64,000 nucleotides of DNA from an uncultured Desulfosarcina sp. (GCA_963674945.2 CAXXWQ010000003.1:2112001-2176000), one strand, 5' to 3'. Counted from the first letter of the stretch, positions 20,719-31,278 are shown. Numbers and translations are program-made. Notes: generated by a model not told the origin, from the letters alone.

Positions 20719-21081
20719 TCAACGGGTTTCCTCATCATTGTCTTCGGCAAGAGAATCCTTGAACAATTTCCACACCTCCGGGTCATGCTGGGTGGTGAAT
20801 TCCGTGCCGCAAACCCACCCCGTCTGAAAGTAAAGGCGACTTTCAGAGGCGTGAAATTGGGAAACGTGACGGGCGACACCCGTCATACGGATGGGATGGT
20901 TGTTGAAAGAGATGATCGGTTCAATGGTTTTACCAATTTTAATTTCCTGTGGCCGATGGATTAAAAAGCCTACTCCGTATTCATTGATATTGAAAATCTG
21001 ATATTTTTTCCCGTTGATTGACAATGTACGTTTTTTTGCAAAAAGACGTCGCTTTTTTCTGTTTTCATGAAAACGTTTCAT
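20719..21081 (-). CDS. PilZ-domain protein
   Basis: RxxxR ('ENRKKRR'), 'NINEYG' as a D/NxSxxG variant, 'VCGTEF'; RBS AGGAGG-like. Confidence 0.6.
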   Translation of the reverse strand: MKRFHENRKKRRLFAKKRTLSINGKKYQIFNINEYGVGFLIHRPQEIKIGKTIEPIISFNNHPIRMTGVARHVSQFHASESRLYFQTGWVCGTEFTTQHDPEVWKLFKDSLAEDNDEETR

Positions 21082-21453
21082 CGCTTCCCTCCTTTTGCAA
21101 CATGGAATGGGTGTTCCCACCTTCCGATCCATCCCGTTGCAAATCCAGGAATCAGGGTAAAAGGGTTGTGAACGAAGTATTCTTGGGCGTTGAACGATGA
21201 TGATTTCAGAATGTCACAATCGCGCGTGTGGTGGTGCCGTGGCTTATGTCCTGGGAAGAACGGGCGATAATACCGTCATGAGGTCAGCGCAGGGTAAGTT
21301 CGACGATTTCACCGAAAAAGGTTCAGTGAAATATACAATAACACAATGGGCGGTGTTTGATAAGGGAGAATCGATCGTTTTTTTTATGGATGCAGATCTC
21401 TGATTGTGGATCCGATCTCCTTTCCGGCCGATATGCCGGAGTGAAGGCACAAA

Positions 21454-22836
21454 ATGGTGGAGACAGTAGTGGAGATAATGCCGATTATGGATCGGCTGGG
21501 CATTTTCGATTCGTTTACCGCCGACGAAAAACGACAAATGGTGTCCGAAGATGCCCATTTCAAGGTTTACCAACCCGAAGATCGGCTTATCCAGCAGGGA
21601 AGTCACGATCAAAGTCTATTCATTATCCTCACCGGCACGGTAAGCATCCGGCAGCGGATGGGCAGCACCACGTTGGCGGTCTTGGGCGAGGGAGATATCT
21701 TCGGCGAGATGGCTTTCTTTGCCGATGTACCGCGTACTGCAGACGTTATCGCCAACGATTCGGTCATCGCCTTGAAACTGGACCGTGTTCTTTTTGACCA
21801 ACTTCCCACCCGGATCCGCGAAAAGTTCAAGGATAAAATCATCGAAAAGCTGGTGGGGCGACTGGATTGGGCCAACCGGGAACTGGCACGGCGCAAGGCT
21901 TTGTCCGGCAACGAGAACTTTGCCGGTGGGGGATCCGGGGACGGTCTATCGCGGAAAGCTGAATCGGAATCCGTCACACCGGTATTTCGAAGCGGCCGAA
22001 AGCTCATACGAAAGATTCTGTCCGACACGAAATCATTGCCTGCAATGCCCGGGGTGATGGTCAAGGTTCAGCGGATGGTCAAACATCCGAGGACCAGTCC
22101 CGCACAACTGGCCAAGGTCATTCAGACCGATCCTGCCATCGTCGCCGGTATTCTGAAGGTTGCCAACAGTGCTTATTACGGATTTCGGGGAAAGGTATCC
22201 ACCATCCAGCATGCATCGGCATTGTTTGGAACACGTCGGCTCACCGAATTGATCACTGCCATGAGTGCCGGAAACATGATGAAACAGGCCATGGCGGGAT
22301 ACGGCCTGAAGACAGGCGACATGTGGCGTCATTCGGTGGCTGTCGCCTGTACGGCCGGTGAGATTTCGGCCGTCGCTGCACCCGATGTGGCCGAAAGTGC
22401 CTATATGGCAGGGCTCCTCCACGATGTCGGCAAGCTCATCCTGGACCCATATGTGCAGGAACGAAAGATCCTTTTCGACCAATATTGGAAGAAACACAAA
22501 AATACCACCATTCAATCGGCGGAACGGGATATTTTAGGGTTCGATCACGCCGTTATCGCAGCCATTGTTTGTGAAAACTGGAATCTGCCCCGGGCCATCT
22601 CCTTCGGTATCCGTCACCACCACGATCCTTCCAAAGCGGGGGACCACCCATTGACCCACATCGTCCATCTTGCCGACTATATCGTCAATCAGGCGGGGAT
22701 GGTAGGGGACAGTCGATCATCCAAGCGGGAACTCGAAGCAGGCAGCCTGTCCATCGTCCGTCTGGATGAAGAGGCCCTGCAGAATACGGCGGAAAAGGCG
22801 CGACAGTACATGGAGAGTCTGACTGGCGGCGCCTAG
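21454..22836 (+). CDS. Cyclic-nucleotide-binding plus HDOD-domain protein
   Basis: cNMP 'GDIFGEMAF...PRTADV'; HDOD 'LPAMP','ILKVANSAYYG','WRHSVAVA','GLLHDVGK','DHA...WNLP...HH'. Confidence 0.88.
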   Translation: MVETVVEIMPIMDRLGIFDSFTADEKRQMVSEDAHFKVYQPEDRLIQQGSHDQSLFIILTGTVSIRQRMGSTTLAVLGEGDIFGEMAFFADVPRTADVIANDSVIALKLDRVLFDQLPTRIREKFKDKIIEKLVGRLDWANRELARRKALSGNENFAGGGSGDGLSRKAESESVTPVFRSGRKLIRKILSDTKSLPAMPGVMVKVQRMVKHPRTSPAQLAKVIQTDPAIVAGILKVANSAYYGFRGKVSTIQHASALFGTRRLTELITAMSAGNMMKQAMAGYGLKTGDMWRHSVAVACTAGEISAVAAPDVAESAYMAGLLHDVGKLILDPYVQERKILFDQYWKKHKNTTIQSAERDILGFDHAVIAAIVCENWNLPRAISFGIRHHHDPSKAGDHPLTHIVHLADYIVNQAGMVGDSRSSKRELEAGSLSIVRLDEEALQNTAEKARQYMESLTGGA

Positions 22837-23069
22837 TGCCAATATCGCAACAGATCGAAACAAAGGATCCGAATCGGTCGCCTTCTTCAGTCCTGTGGCA
22901 CTTCCTTTCTTTACCCTTGAAATCAAAGTCGTTGGTATAATATATAGAACATCATTTATGATTGATCTATGGTGGCAATCGATTTTGGACCCTTTGCAGT
23001 ACGGGTTTCAAAAGTCTTACGAAGCTTTCACGGGATCCACCGCATTTTCGCCGTTGGAGGGAAGTCTCT

Positions 23070-23450
23070 ATGTTTCCCGGCTTTGAAAAAATCATCGAAT
23101 CTCGAATCAAGAAGGCCCAGGAGCAGGGTGCTTTCGACAATCTTCCGGGAAGTGGAGAGCCCCTTCGACTCGAAGACGACCGGCATATTCCCGAAGACCT
23201 CCGACTGGCGCACAAGGTATTGAAAAATGCCGATTGTTTGCCGCCGGAGGTGCAGCTTCGAAAGGAGATTCAGACCACCGAGGATCTATTGTCCGGTATG
23301 ACCGATACGACCCAAAAGTACCGGGTACTGAAAAAATTGAATTATTTGATTTTACGGCTCAATACCATGAGGGACGCCAACGCGGCCTTTGATATACCCC
23401 AGCGATATTACGGAGAACTCGTGGATCGCCTCGAACCGAGAAAACCGTGA
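23070..23450 (+). CDS. DUF1992 (DnaJ-associated) protein
   Basis: 'IKKAQEQGAFDNLPGSGEPL','KVLKNADCLPPE'. Confidence 0.85.
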   Translation: MFPGFEKIIESRIKKAQEQGAFDNLPGSGEPLRLEDDRHIPEDLRLAHKVLKNADCLPPEVQLRKEIQTTEDLLSGMTDTTQKYRVLKKLNYLILRLNTMRDANAAFDIPQRYYGELVDRLEPRKP

Positions 23451-23505
23451 AGGCCGATTGCCTGGTGCGAATCATTCCAACTTTAATTTTTACTCTGGTG
23501 CAACG

Positions 23506-23997
23506 ATGTTTGAGAAAAAGGGGGGCGGAGACGGCGTTTTTAAGAGTGTGCTGCTCGCCTACTTCATATTGACGTTTCATGTCCTGCTGATCGCAGGAAT
23601 GGCGGTTCTGGTACTATTTTTCCGGGGTGTGGTCAATTACTTGGTTTGGATCCTTTTGGGAGGCATCGCGCTGATCGGTTTCTCCGCATTCTATATGATC
23701 CGACGCATGCGGGCCGAGGGAAAATCCCTTCGCGAGATATTGCGAAACCCCGTGTTTGAAGGTCGATCGGTGGAAGTAAGTCTCCTCGGAGGAATGGCCA
23801 CGCTGAAACTGGGTAAGTCGCAAACGACTCCGCTTATCGGACACGACACTTCCATTGACATTCCGCGACTCGAAGATTCGGATTCTTCTGAAAATCGGGA
23901 AATTTCCGAACTCACGGAGCTTGCCCGACTCTTGGAAAAAGACCTGATCACGATAGAAGAGTTCAACAAGGCCAAGCAACAATTGCTAAACGGCTAA
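23506..23997 (+). CDS. Membrane protein with C-terminal SHOCT domain
   Basis: Two TM helices; 'ELARLLEKDLITIEEFNKAKQQLL'. Confidence 0.75.
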   Translation: MFEKKGGGDGVFKSVLLAYFILTFHVLLIAGMAVLVLFFRGVVNYLVWILLGGIALIGFSAFYMIRRMRAEGKSLREILRNPVFEGRSVEVSLLGGMATLKLGKSQTTPLIGHDTSIDIPRLEDSDSSENREISELTELARLLEKDLITIEEFNKAKQQLLNG

Positions 23998-24194
23998 ACC
24001 ATGGCGTCTGTCCGGCGCCAGGACAGTTTGCTCAAGTCATCTTTCCCGTGTGGGGCAACTCACGCATCATGGGAAGTCGGACTACCACATTCATTCGTCC
24101 TTAGGGCCATTACCGTATCACGGATTCAACGCCTTTGGTCGCGAACGCCGGGACGATTCAACTTCGAACGTTTTTTGGGTTTTACTGGAGAGGC

Positions 24195-25154
24195 ATGATC
24201 ATGGAAAAGAAAACCATTGCCTTGATATTCGGGGGAATCTCTTCGGAAAGAGACGTGTCGCTCAATAGCGGCCAGCAGGTGTACGATGCTTTGGACAAAG
24301 ACCGTTACGACATTTTGATCTACGACCCAAAGAAGGACATCCCACGGCTGGTCAACGATGCCCAGAGAATCGATTGTGCCTTGATCATCCTGCATGGGCC
24401 ATATGGGGAAGATGGTACGGTGCAAGGCCTTTTGGATCTGCTTGATATCCCGTACCAGGGTGCCGGTGTGCTGGGGAGTGCGGTGGCGATGAACAAACTG
24501 TTGTCCAAGCATCTGTACCAGGGGGCCGGGCTCACCGTTCCGCCTTACGCGCTGGTTCGACGGGGCGAACCGGTGGAAAAGGATGCCATCGTCTCCAGAT
24601 TGGGATTGCCGGTTGTGGTGAAACCGGTGGAAACCGGATCCAGCGTCGGGATGTCCATCGTCAGAAACGATGCTGACCTGGAAGTGGCCGTGGAAAAAGC
24701 GCTTTCCTTCGGTCCCACCGCCATGATCGAGGCGTACATTCAGGGAACGGAGATTACCTGTGGTGTGCTGGGCAATGAAACCGTGGAGGCACTGCCCCTG
24801 ATCGAGATCATTCCGGGGGAACAATACGAGTTTTTCGACTACGAAGCGAAATACCAGCCCGGTGCCACCCGGGAGGTCTGTCCGGCACGCATCGACGACG
24901 ACCTGACCCGAAAGGCCCAGGTTTGTGCCGTAACCGCCCACAAGGCCCTCTATCTCCAAGGGTACAGCCGGACCGATATGATCTTGCGTGACGGGGTTTT
25001 CTATGTGCTGGAAACCAATACCATCCCCGGCATGACCGCCACCAGCCTCTACCCGCAGTCGGCAAGGGCGGCGGGCCTTTCTTTCGGAGAACTTTTGGAC
25101 CGGCTAATCGAGTTGGGAATCGCTGCCCGGCGTCGTCAATCAACAATAGGATGA
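24195..25154 (+). CDS. ddl: D-alanine--D-alanine ligase
   Basis: 'GGISSERDVSLNSG','LHGPYGEDGTVQG','GSSVG','DYEAKY','ETNTIPGMT'. Confidence 0.95.
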   Translation: MIMEKKTIALIFGGISSERDVSLNSGQQVYDALDKDRYDILIYDPKKDIPRLVNDAQRIDCALIILHGPYGEDGTVQGLLDLLDIPYQGAGVLGSAVAMNKLLSKHLYQGAGLTVPPYALVRRGEPVEKDAIVSRLGLPVVVKPVETGSSVGMSIVRNDADLEVAVEKALSFGPTAMIEAYIQGTEITCGVLGNETVEALPLIEIIPGEQYEFFDYEAKYQPGATREVCPARIDDDLTRKAQVCAVTAHKALYLQGYSRTDMILRDGVFYVLETNTIPGMTATSLYPQSARAAGLSFGELLDRLIELGIAARRRQSTIG

Positions 25155-25229
25155 GGGTAAACGGCCTTATGCGATGTTCCATGTGACAACGCCCCGAATT
25201 TTGATGCACTCATAAAAAGTCAGATTTCG

Positions 25230-25359
25230 GACGGCTTCGTAAAAAGTCCGAGATCAAGGCTTGCGAATCCCGAGGAATGAGTCGTATTTATGATTATGAT
25301 ACGTCGCAGTGACGAGGGATGAAGCGTAACGCCGATATCGGACTTTTTACGAAGCCGTC
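25230..25359. repeat. MITE-like palindromic intergenic element
   Basis: Perfect 22-bp terminal inverted repeat GACGGCTTCGTAAAAAGTCCGA (25230-25251) / TCGGACTTTTTACGAAGCCGTC (25338-25359); degenerate extra end at 25201-25221. Confidence 0.8.
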
Positions 25360-25391
25360 AATTTGGGGCATCAACGAAAAGGAGGAGCAAT

Positions 25392-27164
25392 ATGAAGGTG
25401 TTGGTGATCGGTGGTGGCGGAAGAGAGCACGCCCTGGTTTGGAAGATCGCTCAGAGTCCGCGTGTGAAAAAGATTTTTTGCGCACCGGGAAATGCTGGTA
25501 TCGCAAAGCTGGCCACCTGCGTTGCCATCGATGCCACGGATATCGACGGTCTTCTCACCTTTGCCGGTGATGAGAAGATTGATCTGACCATCGTAGGACC
25601 GGAAGATCCCTTGGCCGGTGGCATCGTCGATCGGTTCGAGTCAAAGGGGCTGCGGATATTCGGTGCCAGCCGAAAGGCAGCGCGCATCGAATCGAGCAAA
25701 TCCTTTGCCAAGGCGATCATGGAAAAGTACGGCGTCCCCACGGCCATCGGTGAGACCTTTACCCGATACGCACAGGCCCAGGCCTACGTAAAGAAAATCG
25801 GGGCACCGGTGGTGGTCAAGGCAGACGGTCTGGCCGCGGGCAAGGGAGTCATCGTCTGTACCACAGAAAAGATGGCCATGGATGCGCTCAAGCAGATCAT
25901 GGTGGACCGCGATTTCGGTGAAGCCGGCGATCAGGTGGTTGTCGAAGAGTGCCTGGTGGGAGAAGAGGCCTCCTTTCTGGCCTTCACGGACGGAAAGACC
26001 GTTCTGCCGCTACCTTCCTCCCAGGACCACAAACCCGTCTACGATGGCGACAAGGGGCTCAACACCGGGGGTATGGGGGCCTATTCTCCGGCACCGGTGG
26101 TGGATCAATACCTTCACAGACGAATCGTGGATGAAGTGATGACTCCCATGGTGCGGGGTATGGCCGCCGAGGGGTGTCCATACAAAGGAGTTCTCTATGC
26201 CGGGTTGATGATCGACGGTGATCGGATCAAGGTACTTGAATTCAACGGCCGATTCGGTGATCCGGAGGCCCAGCCGCTTCTGGTGCGTCTTGAAAATGAT
26301 ATCATTCCCATCATGGAAGCCGTCATCGACGAACGTCTGGACACCTGCACGCTTGACATCGATCCCAGGGCATCGGTTTGCGTGGTCATGGCTGCCGGAG
26401 GATATCCGAAAAGCTATAAAAAGGGCCATGAGATCAAGGGAATCGATGCGGCCAATCGCATGCGCGACGTGGTGGTTTTTCACGCCGGAACAAGGGCGGA
26501 GGGGAAGAAGATTCTATCCCATGGGGGGCGTGTACTTGGGGTCACCGCCCTGGGCGACACGGTCGAATCGGCCATCAAGAAGGCGTATCAGGCCGTGGCA
26601 AAGATCAAATGGAGCAAAGTCCATTTTCGAACGGATATCGGAAAGAAGGCCCTGGTACGAATGCAGGCGGTGCCGCGGGTGGGCATCGTCATGGGGAGTG
26701 ATTCGGACCTGAAGGTAATGGAAGGCGCCTTGGGCGTTTTCAAGAGATTCGGCATCCCCATTGAAATGACCGTTGCGTCGGCCCACCGCAGCCCTCGGCG
26801 AGCTGCGGAATATGCCGCCTCCGCAAAACAGCGGGGCCTGAAGGTGATCATCGCCGGCGCCGGCCATGCGGCTCACCTGGCCGGCGTGATGGCCGCACAC
26901 ACAACCTTGCCGGTGATCGGCGTGCCCATCGATTCCTCCTGTCTCGACGGTATGGATTCCCTCCTCTCCACAGTACAGATGCCGCCTGGAATTCCGGTGG
27001 CAACGGTCTCCATTGGAAAGCCAGGAGCAAAAAACGCGGCGATCCTGGCGACACAGATCATGGCCGTGGATGACGAAACGCTGTCCGCCAAGTTGGCGGC
27101 ATTCAAAGACGAAATGGCCGAACAGGTTGACCAGAAGGCGGAAAAACTCGCGGGATACCGATAA
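25392..27164 (+). CDS. purD: Phosphoribosylamine-glycine ligase fused to N5-CAIR mutase (PurD-PurE)
   Basis: 'GGGGREHAL','KADGLAAGKGV','NTGGMGAYSP' followed by 'GIVMGSDSD','SAHR','STVQMPPGIPVATV'. Confidence 0.95.
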   Translation: MKVLVIGGGGREHALVWKIAQSPRVKKIFCAPGNAGIAKLATCVAIDATDIDGLLTFAGDEKIDLTIVGPEDPLAGGIVDRFESKGLRIFGASRKAARIESSKSFAKAIMEKYGVPTAIGETFTRYAQAQAYVKKIGAPVVVKADGLAAGKGVIVCTTEKMAMDALKQIMVDRDFGEAGDQVVVEECLVGEEASFLAFTDGKTVLPLPSSQDHKPVYDGDKGLNTGGMGAYSPAPVVDQYLHRRIVDEVMTPMVRGMAAEGCPYKGVLYAGLMIDGDRIKVLEFNGRFGDPEAQPLLVRLENDIIPIMEAVIDERLDTCTLDIDPRASVCVVMAAGGYPKSYKKGHEIKGIDAANRMRDVVVFHAGTRAEGKKILSHGGRVLGVTALGDTVESAIKKAYQAVAKIKWSKVHFRTDIGKKALVRMQAVPRVGIVMGSDSDLKVMEGALGVFKRFGIPIEMTVASAHRSPRRAAEYAASAKQRGLKVIIAGAGHAAHLAGVMAAHTTLPVIGVPIDSSCLDGMDSLLSTVQMPPGIPVATVSIGKPGAKNAAILATQIMAVDDETLSAKLAAFKDEMAEQVDQKAEKLAGYR

Positions 27165-27795
27165 GATCCTTCACGTCGATCCTCGACGTCCCAAGAGAGA
27201 GGATATCCTGGCGGCGGTGCGGATCCTCGAGCGACAGGGGATCGTGGTGATTCCCACAGCGGGATTGTATGGATTGGCTGCCGATGCCTCCAGTGCCGAG
27301 GCCGTACGAAGAATCTTTGCCATCAAGCGACGGCCACCCCAAAAACCCTTGCCGGTCTTGCTGTCCGACCCGATGCAGATTTCTCTTGTGGTGCGGACGG
27401 TGCCTGATCATGCAAAGCCCCTCATGGGGTTATGGCCCGGAGGCATCACACTGATCTTCGAAGCGATCGACGGTCTTCCGGATGAATTGACCGGGAGAAC
27501 AGGAAAAATTGGCGTGCGGATACTGGGCCATCCGGTGGCAAGGGCAGTTGCCACCCGGTTTGGGGGACCCATTACCGGGACCAGTGCCAACCTTTCCGGC
27601 GAACCGGCCGTTGCCGACGCAGCCAACCTGGAACCCGAGATTCAATCCGGTGTGGATCTGGTGCTGGATGTCGGCAGGCTTTCCGGCAAAGGCGGTTCCA
27701 CCATCGTGGATGTGACCCGCTGGCCCATTCGTTTGCTTCGAGAGGGACGCGTTCCGCTAAGGGTTATCGAATCAGTTCTGAAAGATGGTCCATAA
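27127..27795 (+). CDS. tsaC: L-threonylcarbamoyladenylate synthase (Sua5/YrdC)
   Basis: 'PTAGLYGL','IKRRP..KPL','TSANLSG','GSTIVD'; start uncertain (overlaps the purE end). Confidence 0.85.
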   Translation: MTRRRKNSRDTDKILHVDPRRPKREDILAAVRILERQGIVVIPTAGLYGLAADASSAEAVRRIFAIKRRPPQKPLPVLLSDPMQISLVVRTVPDHAKPLMGLWPGGITLIFEAIDGLPDELTGRTGKIGVRILGHPVARAVATRFGGPITGTSANLSGEPAVADAANLEPEIQSGVDLVLDVGRLSGKGGSTIVDVTRWPIRLLREGRVPLRVIESVLKDGP

Positions 27796-27854
27796 CGAAT
27801 TGGCTGTTAAACTCATTGACAATCCTTTGCTTATTGCTTATATAACGCACCCAC

Positions 27855-27942
27855 GCCGGGGTGGTGAAATTGGTAGACGCACTGGACTCAAAATCCAGCG
27901 GACCTTGCGTCCGTGAGGGTTCGATTCCCTCCCCCGGCACCA
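27855..27942 (+). tRNA. tRNA-Leu(CAA)
   Basis: GCCGGGG acceptor stem, anticodon loop CTCAAAA, long variable arm, GGTTCGATTCC, encoded CCA; upstream TTGACA...TATAAC promoter. Confidence 0.97.
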
Positions 27943-27963
27943 AATGACATTCCAATTCTTGAA

Positions 27964-27992
27964 AGGCCCTGAGAAATCGGGGCTTTTTTTTT
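27964..27992 (+). terminator. Intrinsic terminator after tRNA-Leu
   Basis: AAGGCCCTGA-GAAA-TCGGGGC followed by a T run. Confidence 0.75.
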
Positions 27993-28473
27993 CGTTTTGA
28001 TGTTCGGAAATTGGCTGAAAAAATCCGTTGACAACCCCTGATTTTTGGGCCTATATCTACAGGTCTATCAAAAAATATGGAAACGATAAAAACTAAATGT
28101 TATTCGTTTTAAGATTTATTTCTTAACTGTTTCAGTATCTTAAAATCTGGTCAGTCCATAGAAGATATCAATCGGCCGTCGATAACAGATTCGCCGGTTG
28201 TTTTTTGCTCTTTGACATAACGACTCGATCGATCTCACGATCGCAGTCTTTTCGGCGCGGTTTCTCCTGAAAACGCAAAATTATGGTAGTACTCTTTCTG
28301 AGTAACCGGTTCAATTATTACGTCAAGCTGATTTTATCACGAATATACTTGGATATGAACGAAAATGCAGTATTCAATCCAGGTTTTCAAAGCGCTAGAT
28401 GAAAGTTCTTCACTGGAAAATTGTTGATCTGTCTATGTAGCGAACTAAATATGCAAACTCATGGAGGAAAAAT

Positions 28474-29535
28474 ATGACCATGGAAAAGAGTTTTTGTTCC
28501 GAGCGAGAACCGTATGTCGATGTTGCGTTGGTTGCCGATTACATCCGCTCGGTCCAGAATGATTCTGGAGAGATTCCCTGGTCGAAAGGAGGACAAACCG
28601 ATAATTGGGATCACGTCGAATGTGCCATGGCATTGACGGTTTGCGGCTATGAGAAGGAAGCTCGTGATGCCTATCGCTGGTCCGCCAATGTTCAGATGGA
28701 AGACGGAAGCTGGTGGTCCAATTACGACAACGGGAAGCCACGCAAAGATTCCCACAAGGACCCGAATATGTCCGCTTACATTGCCGTTGGGCTTTTTCAT
28801 TACTACGTCGTAACCAAGGACAAGGCTTTCCTTCACTCCATGTGGAAAACGATTTCCCGCACAATGAATTTCATTTTGGAGATGCAAGGGGATGGGGGGC
28901 AGATTTATTGGAACAAGAGCAAAACGGGTATAATCGAGAAAAAGGCCCTGTTAACCGGATCATGTTCCATCTATCTGAGTGTCAGCTGTGCGTTGGCCAT
29001 CGCATCGGTATTGGGAATCAACAAACCGGAATGGAAAATCGCCCGGGAAAAGCTCAGGAATGCGATTTCGGACAAACCACACCTGTTCGACAAAACCAAA
29101 TCCCGATACTCCATGGACTGGTACTATCCCGTGCTCAGCGGCGTTTATCGGGGAGAAAGAGCCCAAGAGCGCATCGAAAGAATGTGGGACTTGTTTGTCG
29201 TAAAGGACTGGGGGGTTCTTTGTGTGTCTGACAGTCCCTGGGTGACCATCGGTGAGTCCTCGGAACTTTGCCTCAGCCTCTGCGCATATGGCAATCGAAG
29301 CCTTGCGGAAACCGTGTTTGGGTGGATTTATGAAAAAAGATACGAGGATGGAGCGTATTGGACCGGCATCACGGTCCCCGACGAGGTTATATACACAGAA
29401 GAAAAGACGACCTGGAGCGGTGCTGGTGTTATCCTCGCGGCCGATTCCATCTATTCGATCAGCAGTGCCGATCGGTTTTTCCATCACGGTTTCATCGATT
29501 CCTATATCGATCAATCCCTGATACGAATTTCATGA
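28474..29535 (+). CDS. (alpha/alpha)6-barrel protein of the 'prenyltransferase'-annotated family; MmpH-like glycoside hydrolase
   Basis: 'GEIPW..GGQTDNWDHVECAMAL','SAYIAVG','ALLTGSCSIY','KSRYSMDWYYPVL','PWVT','GAYWTG'; clustered with ManT- and MeT1-like genes. Confidence 0.65.
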   Translation: MTMEKSFCSEREPYVDVALVADYIRSVQNDSGEIPWSKGGQTDNWDHVECAMALTVCGYEKEARDAYRWSANVQMEDGSWWSNYDNGKPRKDSHKDPNMSAYIAVGLFHYYVVTKDKAFLHSMWKTISRTMNFILEMQGDGGQIYWNKSKTGIIEKKALLTGSCSIYLSVSCALAIASVLGINKPEWKIAREKLRNAISDKPHLFDKTKSRYSMDWYYPVLSGVYRGERAQERIERMWDLFVVKDWGVLCVSDSPWVTIGESSELCLSLCAYGNRSLAETVFGWIYEKRYEDGAYWTGITVPDEVIYTEEKTTWSGAGVILAADSIYSISSADRFFHHGFIDSYIDQSLIRIS

Positions 29536-29610
29536 CATTGTTTTCGTAAATTTCCCTGTCGAGGATTGATTTGAAGAAGTTTTACTTTGAAAAAAGGAGC
29601 ATCCGGTTAT

Positions 29611-31278
29611 ATGCGCGTCGCAATTATCAACCCGCCATACCCCCTAGAAGAGTTCCCATCCCCACCGCTGGGTGTGTGCTATGTGGCAGCCGCCTTTGAA
29701 AAAGCCGGTGCAGATGTTCGAATCTTCGACTTTGTCGTTTCCGAATATAGTCCTCAAAAGTTGAGGCGTTGGTTGGAAAATTTTTCTCCTGACGTCGTCG
29801 GAACAACCTCCGTTACAATGAGTTTCAATGACGCTGCAGAAATTTTATCTGCTGCGAAAGAGATAAAACCCTCCATCGTGAGTATCATGGGGGGGCCACA
29901 CGTGTCTTTTTCTGCGCAACAGACCATGGAACAGTATCCTGGTATCGACATGATCGTCATCGGTGAGGGGGAAGAGACGATCGCGGAGATCGCGCCTCGG
30001 ATTTTCGACAAGAAGGCCTGGTTCGAAGTACCGGGGATTGCCTTCCGTGACGAGAACGAATTCTTCTTCACGCAAAAGAGGCAATTCATTCAGGATCTGG
30101 ATTCCATCCCCTTTCCTGCGCGTCACCTATTGCCCATTTCCAAATACAGGGCGTTGACGTTTCCCGTATCGATCATTACCAGCCGCGGGTGTCCCAATCG
30201 ATGCATCTTCTGTGTCGGCCACCGGATGGTGGGACACAAGGTCCGGTATCGGAGTATCGATCGGGTATTGGACGAGGTGGAGCATCTGATTGCCCTCGGA
30301 TTTAACCGGATCAACATTGCCGATGATCTGTTCACATCGAACAAGAAGCGTGTTTCCGCCTTCTGCGAAGGGATAAAAAGCAGGGGACTCGACATTTCAT
30401 GGACCGCCTTTTCCAGGGTGAACACCATCGACGAAGAGACCGTCCGCCAGATGAAATCCGCTGGATGCGACACGATCAGTTTCGGTATCGAAACGGGAAA
30501 TAAAGAGATGCTGAAACGGATTCGAAAGGGAATTACCCTCGAACAGGCACGTCGTGCCGCAGCAATTTGTAAAAAGGTTGGCGTTTTGGCCCATTCCTCT
30601 TTTATCGTCGGACTGCCTGGGGAAACTGCGGAAACACTGGCGGAAACGGATCGTTTCACGAAGGAATTCGGTATGGTTTTCGGCTACCATTTTCTGGCAC
30701 CGTTTCCGGGAACCACCGTCTACGAAAACATCGAGGAGTATGATCTGGAACTGCTCACGACCGACTGGCGGTTGTACGATGCCAATCGTCCCGTGGTACG
30801 AACGTCGAGTGTAAGCGCCGACGATGCGAACGACTTCGTTGACCGCTACATGGATATCATCAATATGGAATGGGACCGTATCGAAAAGGGATACGTAGAA
30901 GGAACCAATACATCCGAGGAGAATTTGAAGGTAGAAGGACGCCAAAGCATGAGCATCATCTACGATATCATCTCCAAGGGGTTGATTGAAGAATATGGCA
31001 GAATCGAAGAAAAGATCGACGGCAACACGGAAACCGCACTTACAATTTTAATTAAAAGAGTCGCTGATGCCACGAAAACAACCCATGAGATTACGAACCG
31101 GGTGATCCGTAATTTCCACAAGTGGGGAAACATTCAGATTCGAGATGAAGAGGAAATGTCCGTATGGGAATGGACGCCGAATCCTGAATATGCGAATTAT
31201 GCGAAATGGTTACGGTTATCCGCCGAAGGCGCAGAAGTTACAATGAAAAATCACCCGGAGAGAAAATATGCGTCTTGA
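29611..31278 (+). CDS. Cobalamin-binding radical SAM protein (class B methylase-like)
   Basis: N-terminal B12 domain 'PPLGVCYVAA...GGPHVS...GEGEET'; CxxxCxxC 'SRGCPNRCIFC'; 'GIETG','FIVGLPGET','PFPGT'. Confidence 0.9.
   Translation: MRVAIINPPYPLEEFPSPPLGVCYVAAAFEKAGADVRIFDFVVSEYSPQKLRRWLENFSPDVVGTTSVTMSFNDAAEILSAAKEIKPSIVSIMGGPHVSFSAQQTMEQYPGIDMIVIGEGEETIAEIAPRIFDKKAWFEVPGIAFRDENEFFFTQKRQFIQDLDSIPFPARHLLPISKYRALTFPVSIITSRGCPNRCIFCVGHRMVGHKVRYRSIDRVLDEVEHLIALGFNRINIADDLFTSNKKRVSAFCEGIKSRGLDISWTAFSRVNTIDEETVRQMKSAGCDTISFGIETGNKEMLKRIRKGITLEQARRAAAICKKVGVLAHSSFIVGLPGETAETLAETDRFTKEFGMVFGYHFLAPFPGTTVYENIEEYDLELLTTDWRLYDANRPVVRTSSVSADDANDFVDRYMDIINMEWDRIEKGYVEGTNTSEENLKVEGRQSMSIIYDIISKGLIEEYGRIEEKIDGNTETALTILIKRVADATKTTHEITNRVIRNFHKWGNIQIRDEEEMSVWEWTPNPEYANYAKWLRLSAEGAEVTMKNHPERKYAS

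Noticed and set aside
25294..25506. 70-aa ORF containing 'DGFVKSPISALRFIPRHC'
   Set aside because: Translation of the MITE-like repeat and the antisense strand of purD
27764..27955. 63-aa minus-strand ORF
   Set aside because: Antisense translation of tRNA-Leu
28474..29535. Terpene cyclase or prenyltransferase call
   Set aside because: No DxDD-type catalytic motif and too short for a squalene-hopene cyclase; the GT4/methyltransferase context favours an MmpH-like glycoside hydrolase
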